64,000 bases of DNA from the NCBI RefSeq assembly GCF_009914755.1, contig NC_060943.1, one strand, 5' to 3'. Below are positions 1 through 17,977 of the stretch, piece after piece (the first letter of the stretch is position 1; every line of letters starts with the position of its first letter). A program made the position numbers and the translations under genes. The notes beneath the pieces were generated by a model. The model had not been told where the DNA came from. It worked only from the letters and a program-made list of their open reading frames with translations, and ran no database searches. Origin of the DNA: the human T2T-CHM13v2.0 reference genome, Homo sapiens.

Positions 1-266
1 AATTTTAAAACTACCTAAGACCTGGATGCCCCCCCAACCCCACTTCAAGTTGTCCTCTTGCCCTTCCAGATGGAACCAATGTAAATCTTACACGCACTGA
101 TTGATGTATTATGTCTCCCTAAAGTGTGTAAGAGCAAGCTGTACTCTGACCACCTTGGGCACATGTCATCAGGACCTCCTGAATCTATGTCATGGGCAGA
201 TCCTTAGCCTTCGAAAAATATTTTCTAAGTTGATTGAGACCTCTCTCAGATACCTTCTGGTTCACA
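1..266 (+). mobile_element. 3' part of an ERV1 MER4-type LTR
   Basis: Contains 'gaccaccttgggcacatgtcatcaggacctcctga...gagacctctctcagatac...ggttcaca', recalled as the MER4 LTR 3' end; terminates in CA. Confidence 0.6.
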
Positions 267-659
267 GGCTTATGGCTGTGCTGTGAGCAAAGTTAAGGGA
301 AACCAATAAGAAAAGTGAGAAACCCAAGGCAAGCAAGAGCAACATATCTAACGAGAGGCAAGGAAAAGGAGCCATTTCTACAATCCAGTAAGACATGTAA
401 CTGCAGGAGAGGCCAAGGTCACAGGAGGAATGCAGCCACTGCCAAACTGTAGCCCTGAAAAAAACCAAAGGGCAACATTGCCCAACAATGCAATCCAGAA
501 AAGATCAGGTCCTGGGGTACAAAGCAGGCTATGGAATGAAGACTAACCCTGTTGGAATAAATATACATCACCTCTACATCCCCCAATTCATAATGAGCTG
601 GTATCATGTTGACACCAAAATCCAACCACTCAAGGACATAGACAAAATGTTCTATGCAA

Positions 660-1787
<1,128 letters not shown>

Positions 1788-1800
1788 AAATACATATGTA

Positions 1801-5870
<4,070 letters not shown>

Positions 5871-6274
5871 AAATACATATGTAAAAAATTATTGTGATAA
5901 AATAAGGGAGACCAAAATAAATGGCAACATGTACCAGTGTTATGGAGAGGAATATTCAATATTATCAAAATTTCAGTTCTCTCCAAATTGAATTCAAAAA
6001 GCTGTTTCTAAACATCTGGCACTGTAGAGGGCCAAAACCAGCAAAGACATTCTAGGAACAAGGCCAAAGTAGAAGGACTCCCTCTGCCAGAGTCAAGAAC
6101 TAAGTAAAGCTTTAGTGTGTACTCAACGCAGTGCCACACTGGCATAGAGACAGACAAAGAGACCAGCGACATGAAATAGGGAACCCAGAAGCAAACTATG
6201 TCCCTCTATGGGGCACTTGGTTGTTGACAAAAGGGACACTGAGAATAATGGAATAAGGGCCATCTTCTCTTAAA

Positions 6275-6819
<545 letters not shown>

Positions 6820-7060
6820 TCCTAAACTGGGACAGCAGGGAATCTATATAATTAAAAAGAAAGGGAGTTATTACCCACACTTCACGTAAAAGTCCATTCC
6901 ATGTACTTTAGAGACCTCAATGGGCAATCCAAAACAATAAAGACTTTACAAATCTTTATGTAGAAGAATATCTTTATGACCATGACATGAGAATCTTTTT
7001 TCCAAAGGAATAAAACCATATTAAAAATAACAATAAAGAGATAAAAATGTTTTTTAAACA

Positions 7061-7087
7061 ACACACACACACACACACACACACACA
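7061..7087. repeat. (CA)n microsatellite
   Basis: Read directly from the sequence. Confidence 0.95.
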
Positions 7088-7254
7088 ACATGAAGCATAA
7101 AGTATAACATTGATAAATTTAATTATATTAAACTTTAAACTTCTGCTCATTAAAAACCATAAGGAAAATACAAAGCTGATCCACAGTGTTGGGGAACACA
7201 TTTCCCACAAATAACCAAACAAGGGCTCTTATCAAGAAAATATAAAGAACTCCT

Positions 7255-7527
7255 TTAGCACATTGGGAGGCCAAGGCACAGGAGTTCAAGACCAGCCTGG
7301 GCAACATGGTGAAATCCGTCTCTACTGAAAATACAAAAATTAGCCAGGCACAGTGGTATGTGCCTGTAGTTCCAGCTACTCAGGAGGCTGAAACAGGAGG
7401 ATCGCTTGAGCTCAGGAGGTTGAGGCTGCAGTGAACCGAGATCATGCCACTGTACTTTAGCCTGGGCGGCTGAGAGAGACCCTGTCTCCAAAAAAACAAA
7501 CAAACAAACAAACAAACAAAAAAAAAC
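7255..7527 (+). mobile_element. Alu, 5'-truncated, (CAAA)n tail
   Basis: Alu consensus text. Confidence 0.9.
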
Positions 7528-10500
7528 AATAAAAGTGCGGAAAAAGCCTTCTACTCACATTTCACTAAATGACTGATAAACATATGAAGAGGCCTCAACC
7601 TCATTACACCACAAAATGCAAATGGAAACCCAATGAGATGCCGACGCCCCTGACACCTGCCTACCAGATGGTTCACACGACACTGACAATGCCACCTTGT
7701 GGCGATCTAGAGCAGTAGGAAATACTACAGTGTGGCTGGGGGTGTGCATTGTACAACTGCTTCAAAGGTTTCCTGTTTCCTAGAACAGTCAAGAATATGA
7801 ATATCTTATCACCTAAAATTCCACACATGGGCACAAACCCTAACAAATGTGAATGTAAATGTGTGCCAGGACATCCACACATAAAAGCTCCCTATAGTGT
7901 TGTTCATGATAATAGAATCAGTACACAATGGCAGATTTTTTAAACCATAAAGACAGCAATGTGGATTGATAGCAACAGCAATGTTGAACAAAAAAGTAAG
8001 ATACAGGAGAACACACACGATGACTACGGCCATAAAAATTATAAAAAGCCAAAATTAATGTTTACTGTATGTGCAGATGTTCAGGTAGCAAAACCATCCA
8101 CTAAAATAACAGAAAACCACAAAGTCAGGACAGGGGTCAACTCTAGGCAGTGAGGCTGGTGCCGGGAGGAGCTCACCATGACCTTTCTTCAACTGCAGGG
8201 GTATTGTGAGGTTTGCATCACAGACATCACTTAAGATACAGTTTATATGGTGTGTCCTAGTCTGTATTTGTGTCATATGTCACAATAGAAAGATGAGAGG
8301 CCATGGGAGGAGGGAAAGGGAGAAAGGGAAAGTGAAGGGGAGGATAAATGAATAAAGAAAAAGAGACAAGAAGATGGAGATGCAGAGGGGAAAGAGAGAA
8401 AGAACAGGGCAGGGAGGAAGAGACAGGAGAGGACTGGGGGGAAGAGACAATGGGGAGAAGGAGGGAGTGTGAGCTGCACCCGTGTAACCTGCCTGCCCCA
8501 GCTCCTCCACAGCCGGGTTGTCCTCCCCGCCCACCCCACCCCTCCCCCATGGGACACCTCTGCTAAGGGACTACTCCCCACTCAGCACGCTGTTGACCTC
8601 CAGCCCCTATCCAGAAAGTCTCATCTCCCAAAACCCTGCCCACAACCCTAAGGTGAACCCACAGTTGAGGGAGCTCCTCCCCTAGTGTCAACCTGGCTCC
8701 CACCTCCCAGTGCGGGAGAAAAGCAAAGCAGTTGAGCTGGGAGGCTTTGGGGACAGGCCATTCTCCAGGAGCCAGCCTGGCCACAGGGCCAACGGTCCCT
8801 GGCAGAGAACGACAGGGCTCAATAAGCAGAGGCCATGCAGGCCCCAAGGCCAGACTACAGTGGGAGCCAGTGTGGCCAGGTGCCCAGAAATCCCAACAGC
8901 ACCACTGGGTCCCTTAGAAGATGCTCAAGTTCCCAAAACTGGGGGTTAGAGGCAGGGGATTAGTCAGACCTCACCTTGGACAGCAGCCCCAGCCCTGCCC
9001 AGGGACACCAGGGCATGAGGGTGTCACAAGCAAGTAGGTGGCTCAAGGCCAGGTGCCTGTGCCTTGGCTGAGGGACGTGGCTCAGGTCAGTTTGCTCCAT
9101 GACTCCCTGGGTCCCACAGACCCCACTCCACGCTCTACTGCAGCCCAGTGCACTGCATGGTGCTCTGCTGTGCCAGGTTGTGTTGTGTCCAGTTGTGCTG
9201 TGTTGTGTGCTGTGTCACTGTTCCTGCAAACTCCTTGTCCGGAAGCTCTAGGGCCCCGGCCACTGAGAAGCCCTAGCCCTGAGTCAGCCTCAGGCAAGGC
9301 CTGCATCCCTGCTGCCTCCCTTTCCCTGGCTCAGCCTTGCAGCTCCCGCTGACCCCTCTGCCACTCACCCACCCATCACCCCCACTTAGAGGCCAGGAAG
9401 CAGTGGGAGCTGTATCTCCCTCCCAACCACCCCCTCCCCTCTTCCTTCATCCTCCAGGACATGCATTTCTAACAGAAACCAGAAATCCTGCAAATGCCCT
9501 GACCCATCCACTGACCCCAGGGCACCTCCTGCCCAGGTGTTTGGCACAGGGGACGCCCCCACACCGGCCCCATCATGTACCTGGTGGCCCCAAGGCTGCA
9601 GCACGGGATGCCTTTCTGACCCTGGACCTGCCCTGGGCCCTGCTCTCTGCCACCGCTCACAGGACAAACCCAAACAATTGCTGTCCTCCCTCTGAAATGG
9701 TGGCCATGAGAGTGCAGGCCTTGCGTCCCTCCTGTGCCCAGGCCCCTCACCCACACACTCTGGCTGGCTGCATCTGTTGTCCAGAGCCCTTGGTCACAAG
9801 GCGTGCAGCCTGGACCACAGTGATGACAAGGGAGGCCCTTCCTAAGCCTAGAGATGGTCTAAACCTTCATGGAACTGCTGGTCCCAGTGCCAGCCAGAGT
9901 CCCAAGTGAGGCTGAGGTGGCTCAAAGTGGTGCACGGGAGATGTCTGATATCAACCCTCTCCTGGAGGTAGATGATGTCTCCAGCCTGGTGACTCCCTGG
10001 CCACCAGCCACCACCATCCCCCATGTCCCCAAGGCTGAAAGTGCAAGCTTGCCCTGGCCCTGGCACAGAAAGTGCACGATCTGGTCATGTCATGCAGGTG
10101 ACCTCATGCGGGCATGGTGGCACTTGTGGGGCAGTCCTGTAACCTGCAGTGTGGTGGGTGGGATGGATGTGTGTGACACAGGCAGGAACTACCCCTCATG
10201 GCAGTTGAGGGCCCACGTGTGTATTGGGTGGGGCTGATGGGAGTGAGAGGTGAGTGGCTGGGCACAGGCAGGTGAGTGAGTGACAGCTACACAAACCCCA
10301 CCACTGAGCATGTCCCTCCCAGGACAAAGCAGGTCAGAGCCACAGGCCCAGCCCTGGGAGGCCCAGAGGGGCCTCAGGTCCTCAGGGACCTGGCCCTCTT
10401 GGCCCTCAGAGGACCCCACTCCCTCTAGAAAGCCCCCCAGCTGGCTCCACCTGTAGCTGTGCAAGTGGGAAGGGGACACAGTGCTCTGGGGTCCAGAGAA

Positions 10501-11294
10501 GGAAGGAAGATGGAGGGAGGGCGGCCCTCTGCTCCCAGGTCCTCTGTTCCCTGACCCTGATGCTCAGCCCCCTGCGGCCCTCCTGGAGCCCACACCTTTC
10601 AGCTGCAGTCTCCCAGCCTCTCTCCCCAGGACGAAGCCCACTCAGCCAGTGCTTTTCCACTGTAGCTGGCTTTTCCCCTTGGGGAGGGTCCCCAGATTGT
10701 ACAAAGTGCAGAGGGGTCCCCTGTCCCTGTCCCACAGGGTCCCCACACCAGGCTTTCTCAATGTCTCCCTGTCTCTCTCAGACAAGGAGGGCAGAGGCAG
10801 CCACAAGGCCGGTCCCAGCCACAATCACACCCGCATATTCAGATAATCACAGACGCTTGTCCCACACAGTCACACACCCCAACCTCAGGTACCAAACACC
10901 CCACACACTCCCGACAGCGCATTCTACTCACACACACACAATCCCATTCTCACACATGTGCACCCAAGCCTCTCGCCCCACATACAATGTGACAGGCCAC
11001 TGGGCCACCTGCGGGTCCCAGTGCACATGGATGCCTGCAGTGCACAGCCACCTAGATCCTGCACCACCGGACAGGAAGGGGGCGGGTACCTGGCAGATGC
11101 CACCTGCTGCGCCCACTGGGCCACCAGAAACTCCACCTCTCCCCGACTCTCCAGGTCCCAGCCAAGCCACGCCCACCGGGCCTGCCCCCAGGACCCTGAG
11201 TTTAAAGACCCCATCTCCCCAAATGCCAGAGGGAGAGGATTCCGCACCACCCCAAGTGTAACCCACACCCTAGTCGGCCCTGACCCCGCACTGC

Positions 11295-11924
11295 ATGGCG
11301 CCCACCTGAGCCCTGGCGTTGCTGGGCCTCCTGCTGCTGCTGTTGCTCGTGGGTAGGCCCTGCCAGGAGACCCTGGGCTGCGCTGCAGCCCTGGGGTACC
11401 CACCCCTCCCTGCTCACGTGCTCCTACTCTCCCTGCAGATCCCAAGAAACTATGCCCGCAGCTCGTGACCGTCATGAACCAGTTTCTGACCGAGGACAAG
11501 GACACCTACATGGATTCTGTCAACAGATATCATCCCACGGAGCTGGAAAGAAACACACCCTCCAAACTCAAGGACATGGTGACCAACACCACGACCCCCG
11601 AGGAGGGACAGGCCGTCATGCAGCAGGCCCGGCCACCAGCGCCTCCTCACAGCCCTTGACCTCCTTTGAGATCAGGGACTCTGTTCCCTGAGAGCCTCTC
11701 TCTCCACCCAAACACTTCCCCACCTCTCACCAAGCAATGTCCCTGCAGACGGGCAGCTGCCCAGGGAAAAGACCTCAGGGCGCTGGGTCTCCGCCCTCTG
11801 ATACTCAACCTCTGCTGTCAACCCCATCCTATCCCTCCTTCCCAGAAGACCCCTCCCTTCAGCCTCCCACCCCTCCCCACAGGAAGAAATCAACAACCAG
11901 GGTGCCTACACGGTACTGAAGTGA
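11295..11924 (+). pseudogene. Three-exon secretoglobin (uteroglobin/SCGB1-type fold) pseudogene-like gene, no symbol recognised
   Basis: Exon 1 11295-11352: [18 protein letters not shown]+G, phase-1 donor GTAGGC. 86-nt intron with CTCAC branch point and pyrimidine-CAG acceptor. Exon 2 11439-11626 (188 nt): DPKKLCPQLVTVMNQFLTEDKDTYMDSVNRYHPTELERNTPSKLKDMVTNTTTPEEGQAVMQQ, donor degenerate (GC). Exon 3 11883-11924: EEINNQGAYTVLK*. Exon sizes and phases match the secretoglobin pattern. Confidence 0.8.
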
Positions 11925-12044
11925 CACCATCCACAGGCACCTCGAATCTCTGCCCAGGCAGCCTGTCCGGCCCAGGAGAACCTGGGCCCGGGGCCCCACC
12001 CTCCCCAGCTCCTGCCCTGCTGCTGCCCCTCCTCCCACTCCCGC

Positions 12045-12318
12045 TGTGCTAATTGGGGCTGATTGCGGGCCACTACTTTATTTACATAGGGTGTACACCA
12101 AGTAACCAATGGGAAGCCTCTAGAGGGTATTTAGACCCCAGGAAATTCTAAATGGGCTCTTGAGCCCTTATGCTTGGGCCTGCTCCCGGTTTGGAGTGTA
12201 CTTTCACTTTCAGTTAAGTCTCTGCTTTTGTTGCTTAATTCTTTCTTTGCTTTGTTTGTGCGTTTTCCCCAATTCTTTGTTCAAAACAGCAAGAACCTGG
12301 AGACCCTCCTCCTGTAAC
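12045..12318 (+). mobile_element. 3' fragment of an ERV1 LTR (MER41-group-like)
   Basis: 'aaccaatgggaagcctctagagggtattt...caagaacctggagaccctcctcctgtaac'; subfamily from recall. Confidence 0.55.
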
Positions 12319-12569
12319 GGGAAGGTGGGATGGGGGGAGCCCACCCTGACACTGACCCGGGCCACCCACGTGCCCCTCCCCCCACACCCATACTCACTAG
12401 GGCCCTGGCTGGAGCTTCCCCTGCTGCTCACAGCTCGGTGAGTGGCCAGGCCAGCAAGCTCCCCCAGCTGCGCCCCTCCGCTGATTTTGCCCCTGGTCAC
12501 CCTTACCAATCAGGGTCCAGTCAGGTGACAGAAGTCACAGGCAAGTGGCTTCAACACCCACATATGTAG

Positions 12570-13789
12570 TGAGAGGTGACAGCATGCTGGCGGCCCTCGC
12601 AGCCCTCGCTCTCTCTCGGCGCCTCCTCTGCCTGGGCTCCCACTTTGGCGGCACTTAAGGGGCCCTTCAGCCCAGCGCTGCACTGTGGGAGCCCCTTTCT
12701 GGGCTGGCCAAGGCGGGAGCCGGCTCCCTCAGCTTGCAGGGAGGTCTGGAGGGAGAGGCGCGAGCGGGAACCGGGGCTGAGCGTGGCGCTTGCGAGCCAG
12801 CTGGAGTTCCCGGTGGGCGTGGGCTTGGCGGGCCCCGCACTCCGAGCTGCCGGCCGGCCCTGCCTGCCCGGGCAGTGAGGGGCTTAGCACCTGGGCCAGC
12901 AACTGCTGTGCTCAATTTCTCGCCGGGCCTTAGCTGCCTTCCGGCGGGGCAGGGCTCGGTACCTGCAGCCTGCCAGGCCTGAGCCTCTCCCCCTCCTCTG
13001 TGGGCTCCTGTGCAGCCTCCGAGACGAGCGCCGCCCCCTGCTCCATAGCGCCCAGTCCCATCGACCACCCAAGGGCTGAGGAGTGCTGGTGCACGGCGCG
13101 GGACTGGCAGGCAGCTCCACCTGTGGCCCCGGTGCGGGATCCACTGGGTGAAGCCACCTGGGCTCCTGAGTCTGGTGGGGACTTGGAGAACCTTTATGTC
13201 TAGCTAACGGATTGTAAATACACCAGTCAGCACCCTGTGTCTAGCTCAGGGTTTGTGAATGCACCAATCGACACTCTGTATCTAGCTACTCTGGTGGGGA
13301 CTTGGAGAACCTTTGTGTCCACACTCTGTATCTAGCTAATCTAGTGGGGACGTGGAGAACCTTTGTGTCTAGCTCAGGGATTGTAAACGCACCAATCAGC
13401 ACCCTGTGGAAACAGACGGCTCGGCTCTCTGTAAAATGGACCAATCACCAGGATGTGGGTGGGGCCAGATAAGAGAGTAAAAGCAGGCTGCCCCAGCCAG
13501 CAGTGGCAACCAGCTGGGGTCCCCTTCCACACTGTGGAAGCTTTGTTCTTTTGCTCTTTACAATAAATCTTGCTACTGCTCACTCTTTGGGTCCACACTG
13601 CCTTTATGAGCTGTAACACTCACCATGAAAGTCTGCAGCTTCACTCCTGAAGCCAGCGAGACCACGAACCCACCAGGAGGAACTAACAACTCCAGACGCG
13701 CCGCCTTAAGAACTGTAACACTCACTGCGAGGGTCCGCGACTTCATTCTTGAAGTCAGTGAGACCAAGAACCCACCAATTCCAGACACA
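12570..13789 (+). mobile_element. Solo LTR12C (ERV9)
   Basis: TG...CA termini ('tgagaggtgacagc'...'ccaattccagacaca'), 4-bp TSD GTAG (12566-12569, 13790-13793), CpG-rich U3, tandem CCAAT/TCTAGCT repeats. Confidence 0.93.
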
Positions 13790-14270
13790 GTAGCATCTCT
13801 TCACTGTGTAACATGTGTTCCTAATGCACTTTCTATATCTCACTTCCTTTAGGTTCTGTGTTTTATTCCAGGTAATGTTCCTTGAATCTAAATTACAATT
13901 TACTAATTTTCACGAAAGCTGCACCTAATCTGCTACCCATTCAGACAAACAAACTCATTTATCAAATGTTTGTTGAACCGGCACTCGGTGGCAGATTCTG
14001 TGCTAGGGCGTGCCAAGTGCAGACACATGTTTGCCAAGACACACCGTTATGCCTCAGGGCCTCCTGGGTGCACATGCACACATGGACCTGCAGGCTGGCA
14101 CCATAGTGCTCAGCCTGCTCCCAATCCCACGGTGCTCCAGGGAGGACACAGGATGTCACAGCAACACCCAACCCATCCCACTGCATGCTGAGCTTAGTTC
14201 CTGATACACTGTCACCCCAAAGGCATGGCCCACGGCCGTGGGTCTCTCTGCAGACCTGCCCTGCCCCCAC

Positions 14271-14272
<2 letters not shown>

Positions 14273-14318
<46 letters not shown>
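14273..14318. repeat. (CA)n microsatellite, ~23 units
   Basis: Read directly from the sequence. Confidence 0.95.
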
Positions 14319-14320
<2 letters not shown>

Positions 14321-14342
14321 AGAGGTGTGTCTCATTTCCACC

Positions 14343-14862
14343 TGTGGGATTCTAATTTATGGCAGTGACTGAGTGACCACACAGAGAGGCCAATGCGATG
14401 GAAAACATTATTATTTACATTTCCCGGGGCACACCATGCCACACAGGGCCACATGGAGAGCACCAGTGCTGGTCAGGAGGCAGGAGCAAGGGGAACCCAT
14501 AGGCCACAGCCTTTATTGGGGTTCCCATGGGAAAAGCCAGGCAGGGCAGAGTAAACAGCTTATGATTAGCTAGTTTGAATAATCCCGGCAGGCTTTGGCC
14601 TATAGTGTTGGTCTCTGGTTACCTGGTACCTGGTCATGGGGTGCTTCAGTGCAGGGGAGATATTGGCGTGGGGTGTGAGAGTTGGATAAAGAGGTAATCG
14701 GGGCTATAGATTCAGTGCCAGTTGGTTGTATATGAGACAGGTGCTCCAGGTCGAGCGTTTTGCCATCTCTAAGAAAAGACTAATCCTGGGAGGACAGTCT
14801 CCAGAGCCAGCAAACTTTAAAAGATGTCATCATAAAATACAGAAAATAAAAAGCATAATTAC
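14343..14862 (-). mobile_element. Old LTR (ERVL-class, MER54/MER74-like)
   Basis: TG...CA bounded; 'ccatgccacacagggccacatgg' motif recalled from ERVL LTRs; weak. Confidence 0.4.
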
Positions 14863-15516
14863 ACCAAGTCGCAGAGTAAGTGGATGTTTACCTTTTCACA
14901 AACTGACTAACTGTGTTCCAAAGTGGTTATACTACTACATTCTTACCACAGTGTTATGAGGATTTCAGGTACTCCATATCCTCACCAACACTTGGTATGG
15001 TCAGTCTTTAATTTTCACTATTCCCGTTTGGTGTGCAGTGGTATTTCTCTGCGATTTTACTTTGTATCTCCCTAATAACTAATGTTTACAATTTTTATGT
15101 GTACTACTGCCATCCCTCTATCTTCTTTGGTTAGGTGTCTATTCAAATCTTTTGCCCATTTAAACTTTTTTCTTTATTATTGAGTTTTGAGAGTTCTTAA
15201 TAAATAATGAATACAAGTCCTTCTTCAGATATGTGGTTTGCCAGTATAGTCTTCTAGCCTATGGCTCTTTTCTTCCTTCATCTTAAAAGAGCATGTCCCA
15301 TAGCAGAAATGTTTACTGTTGACAAAGTTGAATGTGTTATTTTTTTCTTTGATTGAACATGTTTTTGGTGTATATTTCAGAAGTATTTGCCAAGATTTTA
15401 AAAATTCTCTCATGTTACTTAATGAAGGTTTCATATATTCAGGTTTATAATCCATGCTGAGTTAGTTCTTGAATATTGTATACCGTGTGAGGTTTGGGAT
15501 CAGAACTTTGTGGCTG

Positions 15517-15800
15517 GTTTGTTTGTTTTGAGATGGAGTCTTTCTCTGTCACCCAGGCTGGAGTGCAGTGGTGCAATCTTGGCTCACTTCAACCTCCGCC
15601 TCCCGGGTTCAAGCAGTTCTCTGCCTCAGCCTCCCAAGTAGCTGGGATTACAGGCACCACCCCTGGCTAAGTTTTGTATTTTTAGTAGAGATGGGGTTTT
15701 AACATTTTGGCCAGGCTGGTCTTGAACTCCTGACCTCATGATACACCCACCTTGGCCTCCCAAAGTGCTGGGATTAAGGGCTGAGCTACTGCAGCTGGCC
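15517..15800 (-). mobile_element. Alu (AluS-like)
   Basis: Reverse Alu consensus. Confidence 0.9.
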
Positions 15801-16581
15801 TGGTTTTTGTTTTAATATGGATGTCCAGTTGTTCCAACAACACTTGTTGAAAACACGATCTTCAGTGAATTGCCTTTGCACCTTTCTAAAACATCATTTG
15901 ATCTTCTAAGTGTTGGTCTATTTCTGGACTTTCTTAATCTATATTTTTGCTAACATTTTAAAGTCTTAATTAACTTTATAATATGTCTTTAAATCAGGCA
16001 ATGTAATCGTTTAACTTTATGCATCTTTTTCTTTTTTTTTTGCTATTCTAAGTGCTTTGTATTTTCATATCAATTTTAGAATTCACTTGTTATTTTCTAA
16101 TAAAAGCATCGTGGGATTTTGATTGGATTGCATTGAATATATGTTTATCAATTTGAGAAGAATTAGCACATTAACAATATTGAGTGTTCTAATCCATAAA
16201 CATTGTGTATCTCTCCTTTTATTTAGATCTTTAATTTTCCTCAGCAATCTTTTGTAGTTTTCAATGTACATATCTTGCACATCTTATGTGTCTCAAGTAT
16301 ATGTTGTATGCTCTTGTAAAAAGTGCTTTTAAATTTCAGTTTCAAATTGATCATTGTATACAGAAGTATAATTTTTTTAAAAAATTATTATTTACCCTGT
16401 AAATTTTATAAATTCATTTATTCCAGATTTTTTTCACAGATTCTATGGGATTTTCTCCATTAATATTTATGTTGTCTAACTTATTTGTTCAATTTTATGT
16501 GTTTATTTTCAAACTGGCAACTGTGAAATGTATTGGAAGATTATTCATAAAATTCCTTATTACTGTTTTAGAATCTGTAAA

Positions 16582-16755
16582 AGCTGGTTGTGGTGGTGCA
16601 CTCCCATATTCCAAACTACCTTGGAGGCTGAAGCGAGTGAACTGCTTGAGCCCAGGAGTTCAAGACTTCAGTGAGCCATGATGGGGCCAATGCACTCCAG
16701 GTGGGGTGTAAAAATAAATAATTAAATGAATAAATGAATAAATAAATAAATAAAC
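16582..16755 (+). mobile_element. Alu monomer (FLAM/FRAM-like) with (AAAT)n tail
   Basis: Single-arm Alu text. Confidence 0.7.
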
Positions 16756-17259
16756 TATGTAGTATCTAGTGATGTCATCTCATCTGTAACTTATCGGTAA
16801 TTTGTTTTTTCTCACATTTTTTTTTTTTTGCTAGATCCACAGAGTTATATCCCTTTTATTGATCTCAAAAAATCTGTATTGGTTTTACTCGTTTTTCTCT
16901 GTTGCTATTCTGTTTTCCACATCATTAATTTCTCTCTGATCTTTACTATTTCCTTCTTGTTTTGAGTTTCAATTGTCTTTTTTCAAGTTTTTAAGGTTGA
17001 ATCTGTCATTGATTTGAGATAGTTCTTTCTTGATACAGGCATTTAATCTACAAATTTAGCAGCATCTACAATTTATTTTGTATGTTGTGCTGTCGTGTAA
17101 TAAGATAGTGGCCTAGTGTAGCTCTAGTCTTATCTGTGGAGATTCCTGGGTATCCATCTTTATCCCTTGGTCAAGATAAATTAGTGGGATTTATAATGAG
17201 CTCATTAAAATCTAAAATTCCTCATAGTCCCAAGGGCCGATGTGTCTACCAATGGCTTT

Positions 17260-17593
17260 TGCTGTGGTCTGAATATTTGTATCCCCCCAAAATTCCTATG
17301 TTGAAACCTAATCATCAATATGGGACTCATTTGAACCTAAACTTCCACCAAAACACAAACCTGAAACTTTGTCTCCCTTCATACACGACACCTTCTTCCA
17401 TAACCTCACATGGCAAAAGGAGCAAACAAGCTTGGGCCTCTTTTATAAGGACATCAATCCATTCATAAGAACTCCAGCCTCATAACTTAACATTTCCTCA
17501 AAGGCCTCACCTCTTAATATTGTCACACTGGGGATTCGGTTTCAGCATATGAATTCTGTGGCGGGGGCGGGGGACAGACATTCACATCATAGC
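17260..17593. mobile_element. MaLR MLT1A-like LTR fragments (two 5' ends facing each other)
   Basis: 'tgctgtggtctgaat..ccccccaaaattcctatgttgaaacctaatc' on +, and an equivalent 5' end on - ending at 17593. Confidence 0.55.
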
Positions 17594-17977
17594 ACACCCT
17601 GAATCTTAAACAGCTTCTGCATCAGAGTAAACTGGCTTTTCTTCTCCAAAGTTCATATTCTAAAATGTGCCCTTGACCAGATAAATCCCAACAGCAAAAA
17701 TTACTGATTGTAAACACTGCATTATTTTAAATAGGAAAGGGACAGAAGGCAGCTAAGAGCTAGTGGAAGGGAGTGGGTTGAGTATTGCATGTAATGTGTT
17801 TTAGTTTCTCCTTATTGCTCTCTCTCTCTGCTTCATTTTCTTTCTCAAGTGTCTGGCATATTTGTTTAAATCAGACTTGCTTATGCCTATGATTCTCTCT
17901 ACCTCACACCCCTGATTTCTGTTCCTCAGTCTCTATTCCAGTGCCTCTAACCTTTCTGCTAACAATGCAAGTCAGGG

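Larger units (their letters stand above)
14870..17090 (-). mobile_element. Degraded L1M fragments
   Basis: Minus-strand ORFs with L1 ORF2 remnants (16083..16280 'ENYKRLLRKIKDLNKRRD..CLWI'). Confidence 0.7.

Noticed and set aside
9157-9235. Cys-rich mini-ORF MVLCCARLCCVQLCCVVCCV
   Set aside because: Product of a (TGTGY)n low-complexity repeat; no gene structure.
8470-11280. Many overlapping 70-230 aa ORFs; searched for a head-to-head partner of the 11.3-kb secretoglobin
   Set aside because: GC-rich chance ORFs. I found no signal-peptide exon or secretoglobin-like exon 2 on the minus strand in the parts translated by eye.
13170-13400. Regularly spaced direct repeats resembling a CRISPR array
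   Set aside because: These are the internal tandem repeats of the LTR12C U3 in a primate genome; there are no unique spacers or cas genes.
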